Shown: positions 1 through 12,813, counted from the first letter of the stretch. The stretch is 64,000 nucleotides of DNA from Dicyema japonicum (GCA_011109175.1 RDEW01000028.1:401000-464999); one strand, 5' to 3'. The notes: a model not told the origin generated them from the letters alone. Translations and numbers: made by a program.

Positions 1-3000
1 TCCTTGTGGGGACATCCGGTAGTTTGATTGCCTATGATGTAAAATGCAATAAGCAGATTTTCCTCAAAGAAGTAATAGTAAATACATATTAGAGTTCATT
101 GGAGGCTGTTGGAGTATAGAAAGCGGTTACATCGCAAATGATGTCGAAAAGAATATCATTTGCTCAGGTCAATGCTCACTACAGGGATATTCGATTGGGG
201 GAGTGCAACTGTTATGGACTATACTCCCTGAAAAAGTAAATTCTCTCTGTCTGCTCGATTTTAACTCAGATGGGAGAAACGAAATTATTGCTGGCTGTGA
301 GGATTTAGAAATTAAGTTTTATGACAAGGATGAGATCGTTTGGGAAATCTACGAGAATGATGTGACATAATATTATAATTTATAGGTTGTGGTAGCATTG
401 AGTGCCTTGAAAACAGCATTTTTTGCATATCTACTAAAAAACGGGACATTTGGGGTTTATAACTCCATAAAGAAGGTTTGGTCAAAAACAGTACTTTTAC
501 TTTTTCGAATTTAGATTTCTGGAAAGCCCAAAACCATGGTAGCCTTTGATATAAACGGAGACGGAATCAAAGAGCTGATTATTGGCTGGGAAAACGGAAA
601 TGTTTATCAAATAAGGGACATTTTAGGTCTTGGTGGTGAATTCAGAGACGGGATCATTATTATATGAGGAAAGACTTGACGCACCAGTTGCTGCTGTAAC
701 TATTGTATTTATAGTAATAAAATAATCAGGTCCATACAGTTGGGTATGAGGAATTGGACCACGTGCTTGTCTGCGCTGTCAACGGCCGGGGTATTATTTA
801 AGTGGCTATTTAGTGAAATTATTTGGTGATTTGTCAATACCATTTCGTCAAATTAAAAATGAGGATTCTTTGCCTTACCAGTCTGAGGGAGTTTTAAAAT
901 TATCGACAAAAAGTCTTTCAGAGAATAAAAAGCGAACTACCATCAAAACCCGTAGAATCGAGGCGGAAAGCCTGACCAACCAGGAAGATGAGGAGAAGCG
1001 AATTCTGCCAGCATCAATAAAGACGTCGAATAAGAGTAATAAAATTAATAATTATTAGAAATAAAATCCTTTGGAGATCTAACTTTGAAATTCCAAGCAG
1101 ATCTCACAAAAATGGTCAGTAATTTTTCGGAAAACCGAGACCTGATAATAAATGGAATTATTGAAGTCACCCATAACTATGAGGTCACTGATCTGATTAT
1201 TCAATTGTATCAGCTACAATTTGAGGAGGGGATTTTGGATAATTTTCAACATATCGACAAAATTTTGGCTGAGAATTTGCCCCAATTACGTAGAACCTTA
1301 AACCACTGCAAAAGTAAATCTAATCTGGAGCCTTGGCAAGCATTTGCAGGAATTCTCTCAGAGTTTAATTTCATTGGTGACGATGTAATAAACGAGGATG
1401 AAAAAATTCAAAGCATTTACTGTGAAATATTAAATTTAAAGGAAAGGAATACCAGTTCTTCAATTCAGCAGAAAATTGGTGAAATTTACGAATTTTCAAA
1501 TTTTATTCCAAATTTAAAAAATCTCCTCAAATTACTCGCAGAAACAAAGTTTACTAAAATTTCAAGAATTTTTGGAGAACTTGAAAATGAACTGAGGAAA
1601 TCCATGAATATTTGCTGGCAATTCAGATCATCGAAAAATGCCAAACAGTTCATTAAAGACATTGACCAGTTCAGAGGAGAAATTAAAGCCGCACTAAACT
1701 TATACATAAGACAGTCTTTTGAAAAATTCAGAGAAAGCTCATTCAAGGTTAATGAAATGTCCTCGAGTTGTGAAACATTAGTATTTGTGTACTATACTAT
1801 GAAAAATTTCGAAGACTGTCTGAGTTTCATAAGAAGCTTCAACGTCGACGTGAACCTGAGCACTGAATTTAGCGATCTCTCACAAAATTGGATGAATTTC
1901 CGCAAAAACGTTGAGTATTTTTTAAGCCAAAACACCGAAATTGACATTTTCCACCAATTTAGCGAAACTTTCCAAGAAATGATGGATAAAATATCGAAGG
2001 AATTTGAATTTCATAGGGAAATTGACGATTTCGAAGGATTTATTCTCATCAAAAATTGTCTCACTAAACTCGACAAGGTCAGGAACTCGTTGATCTCTGC
2101 GGATGCTAACCAAAATATACAAAAAATATCGAAAATGACGAGTCCAATAGAAAAGATCATGAAGAATCTAAAAAATGTCTTCAATTTGTACGACCAGCAC
2201 AGTCCAATAAATGAGCTTGAAGATTACTTCCACCACGTGGACCAGGATATTTTAGATATCGAGTCAGTTGTGCGAAAATATGGAGATGTATTCTCAAACG
2301 AGTTAGTTCAACTGATCCAAAGATTAATTCGGAATTTCCAAATGAGAAATCCTCAGTTCTCGACACCATTAATGGATTCTAAAATATCTGATTACCACCA
2401 AAAAATTGAACGGGATCAAGCAAATGTTATCGCTGCGGAAAAACAGAATCTTTCTATCGCTATGAAGCAAATGACTGAAATTAGTCGGAATTCTCTAAAG
2501 AGGCCACATTCTTCGAATTTTTTGGTATTGGACATAATTTTACTGCAATTAGAGCCACTTTTCTCTGATTGTCAGGTTATGAGATCTCCAGAAATTGAGG
2601 TTTGCTTACTATTCTTAGCTGCAGGACACCTTATGTGCTCACGTGGAGACTACTTCAAGTCCCAAAATCTCCTTTCTAATTTAGATGCTTTAATATACGG
2701 AGTTATTGGAAGAGCAGAGGGGATTTTCTCTGAAAATTCTAATCTAGTCAGGTAGAGATCCCGATTTAGCAAATTAGGTTGCTGAAAAACGGGTCCGCAA
2801 GCTTGAATTTGAATTTTGTCACGGAAAAAGAAAAGGAATCAAAATTAGTGCTGCGAATTTTAGTGGGAACTGTGAACAGGTAGTCATGAACGATTACACA
2901 TAAGTTCTACATATGCTATACGAGATGCGGAAGTAAATCTTCGTCAATTCATCATGTACGAATCGGTCCCCACTTTGACAACGGAACCGAAAGGATTTGT

Positions 3001-3746
3001 AAGATTTAATACGGAAGAAAGACCCAACAGAACCATTCTGTGGGTGGAGGAGAATTTTAATTACAAACTCGAAAGCGATGAAATTCCCAAAATTTACCTG
3101 TATTCTCTAAAATACAAGCAGCCTCTTATTTTGTGTATTAATTCAATGGGAGAGGTTGGATTTGTTTGATGAGTCTTAAGGTTGAAATGAGAACCGACGA
3201 TATAAGATTTGCTAGTACGATGGTTCAGTCCCTTGCTCGCTACCTCAAAATATCAAATTTAAAATCTATGTGCGATTTTCCTGAAGAGTTTGACAAAATT
3301 CGAAATAACTTTGAAATTGTGATTTTTTCAAAAATTTATATTTCAGATCATTGGAAGCAGTGAAACTAATCGGAGACTCAACACTGAATTAGCTGAGACG
3401 ATCAGCACTGCAAAAGGACTGACACTGCTCATAACAACCATAGATGATCCGTTTGTAACAATTTATCACTATTTAGGGGGACTCTGGAGAAAACTGTGCA
3501 GGCATTGAATATCACAAATGACGAACTGTTCAGGATGCACAAAATAAAGGAAAAAAACCTCACCGTTTTGATGGAATCTCTAAAATTGTTAAATCAATAT
3601 ATTTTCCAAGCATCAAATTTGCGAGGTTGGGAATAATATGTATTTTAGTTGGGACCTTTAAAACACAGGTAATTCAGTCATGCAAACAAGGCATCAAGGA
3701 TTTAGATATTAATGTTCTAATGCGGGGGATAAAATATGGAGAATGA
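1..3746 (+). CDS. BBS2: Bardet-Biedl syndrome 2 protein (5' end outside window), multi-exon, with large internal insertion
   Basis: Spliced by hand across tiny introns (e.g. 362-385, 791-813, 1036-1058, 3155-3180). Recovered: propeller motifs CSLQGY..G.QLLWT..LCLLDFNSDGRNEIIAGCED; coil KQNL; GAE-like ALIYGVIGRAEGIF...LRQFIMY; platform ERPNRTILWVEENF; C-terminus ASNLRVGTFKTQVIQSC...IKYGE* (stop 3744-3746). All resemble BBS2 from memory. Confidence 0.95.
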
Positions 3747-3869
3747 GTGAACCCATACATTCGTTAAAATAACTTTAAATTTATTTTAAATTCGATTTTT
3801 ATGCAATAAATCACAAAAGGATTTTTGCGCTGAACTTTTTTTTACTTTTCTAAAGAATGTCAACCTATT

Positions 3870-4091
3870 CTATGAGTAATCAGACACTCTTTTCCTTTTT
3901 GAAAAAGAATTGAGAACCTCCACTCCCTTCTCATTCAGACTAATCGTCATGTCTTCATAGACCTGAGTCGTCAACTCCACCCAATGGTTAGATTCAAAGA
4001 GGGCTTTCTTTTCGGATGTTTGGACTCCATACTTGCTTCCGAACGTCTTTTTTAACACGACCGCTGAAAATATCCCCAAATCAGCTCCCAT
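3870..4091 (-). CDS. possible small orphan protein (73 aa)
   Basis: ATG-started open frame MGADLGIFSAVVLKKTFGSKYG...DYS*; no family recognised. The ATG lies in the TSD of the adjacent SINE. Confidence 0.25.
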   Translation of the reverse strand: MGADLGIFSAVVLKKTFGSKYGVQTSEKKALFESNHWVELTTQVYEDMTISLNEKGVEVLNSFSKRKRVSDYS

Positions 4092-4096
4092 ATAAT

Positions 4097-4399
4097 ACTG
4101 CACTTTACACAGAACCATATGACCTATACCTCCTCCCAGGTAGGACACACATTATTTAAGTAAAGAACAGTTATGATAACTAATCGTAGAGGGAGAATAA
4201 AGGAATGCTCTTTACTTCTTTGTTTTTTTGTTTTGTGTGAATCCTTTATAGACGATCCAGTTCCGCAGTGAAATATTCACTGATGACTGGCCACTCGTCA
4301 AGCCAAAGCATTGTAGATGAGTGGAACCTTTAGCCGGATTGTACAGCAAGATTCTAACTAGGGGCCAACAGCCCTGAATTCGTTGCACTACGCCAGTTA
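4097..4399 (-). mobile_element. tRNA-headed SINE, family 1
   Basis: Homologous to 29621-29962 and 37387-37692 (core tctacgattagttatcataactgttctttacttaaata); 9-bp TSD ccatataat at 4088-4096 and 4400-4408. Confidence 0.85.
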
Positions 4400-4459
4400 C
4401 CATATAATTTTATAATTGTAAAATAAGTTTATTAAAATGAAAATGAAGTATTAACGAGA

Positions 4460-5171
4460 TTAATATTTAGGGTACGTATTGTGTTGACTCCAATAGTCAT
4501 CATTATTCAAGTAATTGTGCATATAAGGAAGATTCCGATTAAATAAAACGGGGTATCCGTGATTTAAACTAATAAATTGGGATCCTCCGTAAAGACTTTG
4601 ACTTTGATACTGCTGATTGTAGTGAAAATTATAATAGTTCTGATTATACATGTTTATACTCCCACCACAAATATAATTTATTTCATTTTTGTGGATTTGA
4701 TTAGTTTTCGACGTCAAGTCATCCTCCCGCTCGTTACTTTTGCGGCTTTTCCCCTTCGATTTGTGCTTCCTTTTTTCGATTCGTTCCTTCATTCTTCTAT
4801 TTTTGAACCAAACCCGTCAATTAATTAGAAAATACTATTACTACGTTGTCCGAGAGCCCAAGCTTTGCAGAGATCTCTTCACGAAGATAAACATCCGGAA
4901 AATTCGTCTCGTTGAAATAAATAGCTAAGACATCCTTCTGTTCTTGAGTAAACGTGGTCCTCGAACGTTTCTTCTTCGGACATTCAACTAAAATTAAATA
5001 TAATCATTCAAAATTTAATCACAAACATAAAACCTTTATTTCTCTCCAAAATCGAGTCTTTTTGACTTTCATCCTCGGGTTTTTTGCTACAAATAAAGCA
5101 ACTCCAATGGAATATTCGCACAAATTATAAAACTGCCGCACAAACCTAAAGTATTCATCATAATTTCTCAT
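4460..5171 (-). CDS. K50 paired-class homeobox transcription factor (Otx-like)
   Basis: Spliced homeodomain KKRSRTTFTQEQKDVLAIYFNETNFPDVYLREEISAKLGLSDNVVI|VWFKNRRMKER with the intron at the PRD-class position 46/47 (4814-4835). Probable ATG 5169-5171; Asn/Tyr-rich tail to the stop at 4460. Confidence 0.88.
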
Positions 5172-5699
5172 TGTGTTCTCCCCCTTGTAGAGATTAACAC
5201 AGTCAAATTAACTGGCTTTTTCGCTAAATAATACAAAACAATAAATTTAAATGAAAGTACTTAACGTAACAATCATTAAACACATTTAATCTCCCATGTT
5301 ACAGAAAACGTAATTTATGGGGGACGATGAGGGTTGCTTGAACTAAAACTAAGACCAGAACGGATACTGTAAATTTCGACAAATTTAGAAAAAATCAATT
5401 TTAGATATTACTTTGGCCAAGAATATTTGGCTTTTGAAACAAATGAGACGACATCATCACACTTTGCTGAACAAAAGAAATACAGTAAATCCATATATTA
5501 AGTGTTAGTCAGTAATCTTTTAATAAAACTGGATTAAATTTCAATATTTTATAACAACAAATAAAAATCGATTAAAGACAAAATTTTAAGATATAATGAC
5601 TTAGACAAAGATAAGAGATTTGTACAATTCGATAATGTAGTAAATTGACTTTATATAAAAAACTGAATTTTGTAATTTCTACGACATTAAAAAAACATT

Positions 5700-6050
5700 A
5701 ATAATTTCCTTCTTCTTCCCAAGGCAGACTGTTCTTATCCAAGTTTCTCTAATTTTGACCAGAAGGAATTAGAACCCCGACATTGATGCTTCAGATTACT
5801 ATTTATTTCAAAGTCTCGTGATTCTGATGTCTGGTGAGTCAATTAAGAGTGGGGACGAGAGGTTATATCCACATTAAATTGGCATATGGACTGGACTTAA
5901 AATCCAATATCGAAGAGGATTACGACCTGAAAGTCAGAAAGATAGAAAAATTATTACATCACTTATGGAAAATGTGATGTAATTTTTGGAGTCTAAACGA
6001 AGTAGAGACATGTGGTGTCTCATAAAATGACCCTACACAATGAATACAAA
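5700..6050 (-). mobile_element. degenerate RTE-like LINE 3' fragment
   Basis: Remnant C-terminal motif like ..NRETWIRTV; heavily decayed. Confidence 0.3.
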
Positions 6051-6604
6051 CCCACTTAATTAGTTTTGGTTCAGGTTTTGGTTTCTTAACAGTAATTAGT
6101 TTTGGGGTTTGTTAGAAAATAAAATTTGTCTTGTCTTATATCCACATTGAATGGATGAAGACATTAAGTATAATAGAACTATAGTGTACCAAAATAGACT
6201 CAACCTTTTGACTTATTAACCACTGGACTAGTTTGGGTTAATTTTTACTTTCTAGCCAACTCCCGAAGAGTGGTTGTTCACTTTACTATGGAGCTCGTCG
6301 AAACAACTGTTGACTTGCAAGAACTAGGTAAAATGAACTCAGAGCGATGCAACGACTCTTTCTTACGATCATGAGAGGTAACTCTCAATCGTTTCAGAAT
6401 ATTAATCTTTCATTAACATCTAAATTTTGTAAAAACCGGCATAATTGCAGATTACATAAACGACCTTTTAATCTCAAATTTAGTGAAATTTGAAGTTGAT
6501 AGAAATTCAAAATATAAGCAAATTATAGGAACTATAACTAAGATGGTTGAACAATCATAATTTACAATACACTAATCTCTTTATTGTTGAAACAAAATAA
6601 TCAA

Positions 6605-6685
6605 AAAGGTCATACAGCGACCGAGGCTATTCCTCTCAGGATAGCGAGCGATTCACTCAAGTAACCAGCGCTTACGGGAATATTC
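6605..6685 (-). mobile_element. CRE-like retrotransposon 3' fragment
   Basis: Remnant RWLLE..LAILRG motif like 60018-60377. Confidence 0.5.
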
Positions 6686-6934
6686 TGTTATGTATAATTC
6701 AGATTCCCTAGACGACTTAAGAATTCAAGTCACAGGCAAGAAGTTTCAACTGCGATCGAAACAAACAAAACATATAATAATTAATTTACAGATAAATTCA
6801 CAGATTTCGCGATTTAACGGTTTGCACAGTACACTTAGTGCCTTCATATATTCAGCCCTCTTCTTAATGGACATAGAAGACATCAAAAACCAAAATTTTT
6901 ATAATAAGAAAGCATTGGTTACCAACATCTGAAA

Positions 6935-6990
6935 TCTAACCCCACCCAAAATTAAAGGAACTTAGAGAAGAAAAGTCTGCCTTGAGGAGG
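6935..6990 (-). mobile_element. 3' tail fragment of the 2A-LINE family
   Basis: Reverse complement (gacttttcttctctaagttcct...ggggtta) resembles 16672-16720. Confidence 0.45.
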
Positions 6991-7098
6991 AATAAAGAAA
7001 ATATTAATTCTAGAATGTTCTCTTAATTATAAACCCACTCGGCAGATAATTCAAAGCCTAACTACAAGCATTTTCTGATACAAAAAGACAACAATAAA

Positions 7099-8561
7099 TT
7101 ATTCAGTAGAGATATTCTTATAACAGTCCTCATTAATTGATCTCAAAATAGAAGCCGATCTTTGATTCCTTCTTTTATATTCAATCAACATTGAATTGGT
7201 CATTTTAGAAAATGGAACTTTTTTCCTTCCCTTGAAAGGTACTATTCTAGGAATCCTATAATCAAGCTTCATTCTATCAATTTCAGTCATCCGCAGATCA
7301 GAATCATCAACGGGAGATGGTGGTTCAGCCAGAACGACTGGGAAATTCATCAAACCTGGTTCAAGTTTCAGAACCATCAGCCCCGTATCCTCGGCTAACT
7401 TTTGATGAGTATCCTGTAATAACCGTAAAGGGGACCATTGCAAGCATTCCATTGAAAAATGCAGCAACAAGCGAATCGTGATTTGGACACTTTTTCTGCA
7501 GTTTAACGTAAACGTCCTTAACTCCAACAAGGAAGAATAACTTTGCTAAAATTCTCTGCGACACAATCCCGTAACCTGAAAATAAAAGATTGAAAAACCA
7601 CGTTCTTTACGAAAAACGGTCATTTTTGCTGATCCCTGCCTCCAATCCATATCATGAAAAACTATTTAAAATAAATTCTTATAAATTAGTGAGGTATTGT
7701 ATGATTTTAAATATATTTAAATATTTATAAATTACCTGTTCTATTTTCAAAAAGTTCAAAATAAAATAAATTATTTGAAGCGGTAATTTTCGCCTAAACA
7801 ATGTTGTATAGTAAAACTTACAGATTTTATGGCTTCCCTGAACATGTTACTCTTCTCAGATCCGTATCCTAAATAAATAAAAGGTAAACCAGCCACTCCT
7901 TTGCAGTTTCCGACAGCCACAATTGCCTTAAACTGATTTAATCTCCCCAAAGTCGTCATTATGTAAAATCTTCTCAACTGGGAGTAAAAACAAACCCGAA
8001 ACCGATAGAATAACACTTTTCAGTTGACTAATAGGTTCTTACAAGTAAAAATAAACAATACGGTCGTTATCATCATAAACAATGCCAGCTGAATTCCCAA
8101 CCAATCTATTTCCGCTGAATCCTCGAACGAGAGGGTGTTTTATTTTACCAACAAATGATGACTTCTTAATATCCGCCCTGGTGAATTCTCTCTCAGAAAC
8201 ATCAAGTTCATTCCTTTTCCCAAAGTCTGGATTCGTTATCTCATCCAAATCAATGTCAGCTTTGCTTAGGTCAGGGAACTTTACTCTGTGTTTACCTAAG
8301 ACCTTAGTAGTCTTAATACCATATCCAAATTTTTGCCCCATATCTATGGGTATGACCTTTTTAGTCTGTTTTCCCCGTCCTTTCTTCTTTCCAGCAGAAC
8401 TGACCCCTGCTAATTTATCCCATAATTTTTCAGAATCAGCTTTGTAGGTTAGTATTAATTATACAGCGAGTAAAGAATGAATTTTTGACCACCGTCGTGT
8501 TGATTCTGCGTATTTGTATGATCTGTCTTAGTTGGCTTAAGTTATTCAAGGCCAACGTCAT
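7099..8561 (-). CDS. MRPS5: mitochondrial ribosomal protein uS5m
   Basis: Spliced: SFFTR..EKLW...GKKKGRGK, VRGFSGNRLVG, AIVAVGNCKGVAG, VGVKDVYVK, THQKLAEDTGLMV; ATG 8559-8561. Confidence 0.93.
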
Positions 8562-8799
8562 ATCAACGTGAAAGATTTAAATTTTTATTGTTATTTTATT
8601 TATTTATATATTAAGAAACTTCAAGATTATCAAAAAAGAATGTGTTAAAGCAAACTAATCAAGTGACCCCAGTTTATAGTACTCCCTCACCTACATACAC
8701 AAGTTGTCCGCCGTTCAAGAAGCTGCCAACAAAATAGTTGACCCCAGTTTCTAGTCTACCCCTCTCGAAACACATTTTGCTAAACGAATGTAAGTAGTC

Positions 8800-9690
8800 A
8801 TTCCAAACAATTTCTTAAACAAAATCCTGCTCAAATACTTTGAAACTTAGTCAAAATACAAGGTGGTGTCATTCCCAATAAAAAGAGTAACACGGGACCC
8901 TTTCAGGCTTTGTCCTCCACCTGTCGGTCCGGGATTACTTAGTAAGTTAGGGACTTCTTCCATTTAAACAGAGAGACTAAGAATCACCATTATATTGAGA
9001 GAAATTGCGGCCATCCGATGATCCAAGCCTCTTTCGATAGCTTCCTCGTCCTCTATACAATGTTCCTCTAGGAATACAACGTACTCTCTATATTCTCGAG
9101 TTACAGGTAGATGCTTGAGTGGGGTAATCCGCGCATAAGGTATTTCAATCGCTATAAAACTGGAGGTTAGGAAACTATCGGATGACAAATCCACGAGAAT
9201 TGGGTTTGCACGACCCATTGCTGTAGATATGGAAGGATAGTTGACGTTAAAGGTCTTTACGCTCTCTCCTTTCGGATAATAACGGAGTTATTGTGTGGGG
9301 ACTAAAGCAGCTAGATTCCCGGTCCTGCTGAAGTTTCTCGGACTGGCCTCAGCCAACAAAAGGCCTGACAGAACAATTCTCTTCCTATAGGAAAGTGGTA
9401 GATATATCGCCTGGGACGCTATCTATGTAAATAACTTCTCTACTACAACCTTGAGCCTCAGGAAAGGGTGAGGCCCTAAAGATGAAGAAATACGAATGTC
9501 TCTGTGGACAGTTCATTTTTGAACCTATCGCCGTGGAAACTTAATGGAATCATGTCACTGACCCTACTAAACAGAATAGGATCGCGAAGAGGAAAAATAA
9601 TAGGAGAGGAAAGAACTGGATGATTGAATCGGTTCTCAATTCTGAGAGCAGCTAGTAATTGCTGACTTAGTTTTTGTCTATAATTTGTTT
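8800..9690 (+). mobile_element. degenerate CRE-like (RLE) non-LTR retrotransposon
   Basis: Frameshifted RLE motifs KRPD..I.....GRYIAWDA, K.KKYE.L...F.FEPIAVET; homologous to 33410-34020. Confidence 0.65.
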
Positions 9691-9969
9691 GTGGTTATAT
9701 TAGAAATGACGTCCGTCTGTACCACAAGGAAGTGACCCCACAATGAAAGACATCAAAGCACAAACTAATCCAGACTCTCAGATCATCCACCTCAACAAAC
9801 TATTATTTTTATTGAAGAAATCTTTCAGTCCTGAGACCTCAACTATTTTTAAGGAATCTATGGGAGCGATAGGCATTTGTGAATAAGCGGCAAAAGGGTG
9901 CCCTCTTGCTTATTAGTAAGACTGAGGTAACTAAATAACTAAAAATGAAAGATTTTATTTAAAACAAGT

Positions 9970-11463
9970 TTATATGACTTGGCGCCATTTTGGAATCCCT
10001 CTACAATAATCTCGTGCTTGAAAATACCGTTTTGACGATTCTAAAATTAATTGACCAGTTTTTTCCTTTTCTTGGCTTATTTTGGAAATCCAATTTTTAG
10101 TAGGATTACATACTCGGCTCGGATCTCGTGTGACTTCAACCTCCAGTAATAATAATTTGAACTTTCTCCTTCAGGTTTTCTAGTCTCCTCTGCTTCTCCT
10201 CCTTTTGTTGCTTTAATTTTTGAGCTTTCTCTAGTGATTCTTCTAGTTTTAGTCTGTCCTTTAAAATTACTCCATAAACTCGAACTCTTTGAAGAAACCG
10301 TTGAGACTCACGCTTAAAGTCTTCCTTCTTTAATTTAATCATTTTCAAAATCTCTTCCTCACTTTTACCAGAAGTCCTTGGAATTGAGTTCTGAGCATTT
10401 TTATAGCTTTCCAGCTTCATCTTTTGTTTATCGTAGTAATCTTGGGTTCGCTTCTCTTTTGCTTGAAATACTCGATTTTCCTGAATTTTTGATTCTTCCA
10501 CTTGTTTAATTCTTACACTTTTTTGGAATTTCCACTTTTCTATATCTTCTTTTGTCGCCTTCCTTTGGTCCTCACTTACAGTACATGTGATCTTTTTTAC
10601 TTCTGGCTCGTCGAAAGATGGGTTTACGGTTATTTTACCTTTTTCACTTTTCTCCGTTTTCCATTTTTGTATTACAAGTTTCTTGGCTTGTAATAGTCTT
10701 AAATATTCTTGAAACCATCGCACGTGGCTTTCAATTTCTGATTCGCTTTTTATACTCCCGAAAAGAGGCAATAAATACTGAACAACTTTTTTCATGGATT
10801 CCATCCCTTCTGTTCTAGTGTACAGCTTAATGAACGCGGAATGATCGGCTGTCTCCCAGCCACCACATTCTCCCCCGTTTTTCATTACAAACTCCTAAAA
10901 TAAATTGTCTTTATACGTCAAATTCTTTGACTTGGGAAGGTAAGTTATTGGAATAACTCCCACAGTCAATCTTTACCTTAGCGACATATTTCGAATTTGT
11001 CTTCCACTCTTTTTGCTTTGATTCTAAGACTGCCAACGACTGAGTCAGTATTTTTTCTTCTTTAACTAATTCGGAGAATCTTGCTTAATTTATATTTATT
11101 ACATCTCCATGTAATCATTTCGGCATTCGCTAATTTTCGATCCCGCTTGGAAAACCACTTCCTTCAGACTATTCATATCCCCTGCCGATTTGTTGCTAAT
11201 GATCAGTTGAAATTTATCCAGAATTTTTTGAATCTCAATTCCACGTGTTAATAATTCGTTTTCTACGTTATTTCAGATATTGGAAACCGAATTGGTTGGT
11301 TTCTTCAGCATTTTGTTTGTATTCCTCCATCATTTTGCTGTAATAGTGAGTATTCTTATTCTTCAGAAATAACTTTTGGCATTCTTTTTCTAACTGCTGA
11401 CAGCTTTGGGTTTTAATGTTGTGCAAACCTAAGAGCCAAAGTACCAACTTCAGAGGCCGACAT
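9970..11463 (-). CDS. CCDC112: coiled-coil domain-containing protein 112
   Basis: GGECGGWETADHSAFIKL, H..WFQEYL.L...KK..IQKWK, VEVTRDPSRVCNPTKNW, C-terminus GIPKWRQVI*; start codon approximate. Confidence 0.85.
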
Positions 11464-11474
11464 GTAGCTAGTCT

Positions 11475-11488
11475 GTCACTATGGCAAC
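11475..11488. promoter_or_regulatory. RFX X-box-like motif
   Basis: GTCACTATGGCAAC fits the X-box pattern (GTNRCY-AT-GGCAAC) and lies about 12 bp upstream of the probable CCDC112 ATG. Confidence 0.5.
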
Positions 11489-12813
11489 AATTATCTACAA
11501 AATTAAACATTTCTGACGAAACTCTTAAATTGAGGCTTATAATAAAAGGATTCAATTTAAAAATTCATAATTCAGATTTAATTTCTTAGTAACTAATGTG
11601 CTTAGGATTAGCTCGCAGTAACTCGGACAAGAACAGAAAAACAAACTAATGCCTCTCCTAGAAAATTGTTTACTTTATTGAGGGGGGTAACTCTTAATTC
11701 AATTCAAAGTACTCCTTAATCAATCCAGAGACCAGGTCGAAGGTTCTTTTCTTATGCTCTGTCCTTTTTCTATCAGTTAACGTGTAGTCATCGAGCTGTC
11801 TAAGGAAGCGACCTGTTCTAGGAAGGCAATTACTCGTCGATTGAACAAATGTCCTTATTGGGACATCAAATTATAAAGCATCCATATAATTTTATAAATT
11901 TTGAACACCACAACACTCACATTGTAACAATTAGGGGTAACTTTAGTAATAAATACGGCGGTTTTGTCAATAAAATCAAAACTTCTTTATTGGAAAAATT
12001 AGTATCTAAGACCGAAATTTTAAACCGAAAACGTTTTGAATTTCATTATTCTGTATTTTAATAAACATTTTGATTAGTTTTTTTTAATATAAAAATTTTT
12101 TGTGGATAAATTTATCATAAAGTCAAAAAATGTCAAAATTTTGAAATTTTAAAGTCACTTTTTAGATCAACATTTTTTATAGTCAAAATAAAAATCGCAT
12201 TAGTGATAAAGGGTCGTTATTTTAATAACTACATTGAATCTTCGCAACCTGACCGTATTTCGAAAAATTTTCAAAAAAAAATTATATTCCCCTGACTAAT
12301 TGGCCAAATTTTAAATTTAATACTAATTAAAAAAATTTTTTTTATTACCACATGTTTTCCAATGTTCCTCTTGGACAATATACTTACCCTACATTTCATG
12401 AAAAAATCTCAAATTACAAACTATGACAAAGAAAATTATGTTGTTTCGTGCCGGTTCTTAGATGGAAGATTCTCGCAATTGTTTCAAGAGATGATATCGA
12501 GAAAAACAACAAATAATTTCTTGCTTAAGAAAACACTATTTTGAAAGATTCTAAAAAAATCAACGTATTTTAAAGCTGCATATGAAATAAGGTTTCCGAA
12601 ACCTTAAGAGAAGTTGGTACGACAGATGAAAAAACAAAAATTTAAAGACCTCGTCTCTATTAGCTTTGCTCAAACATTACCTGCGATATAAGTTTTAATC
12701 AGTGATGACGTTAATACATACTCACAACATATATTTTCATAAAAAAACATAAAATAATAAATAAGTAAATTAACTACTTTTAAGATAACTAAATTTTAGT
12801 AATATTAGTTAAG

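Noticed and set aside
1085-2755. 556-aa ORF as an independent gene
   Set aside because: It splices in frame to BBS2 exons on both sides and contains the BBS2 KQNL and AEGIF motifs.
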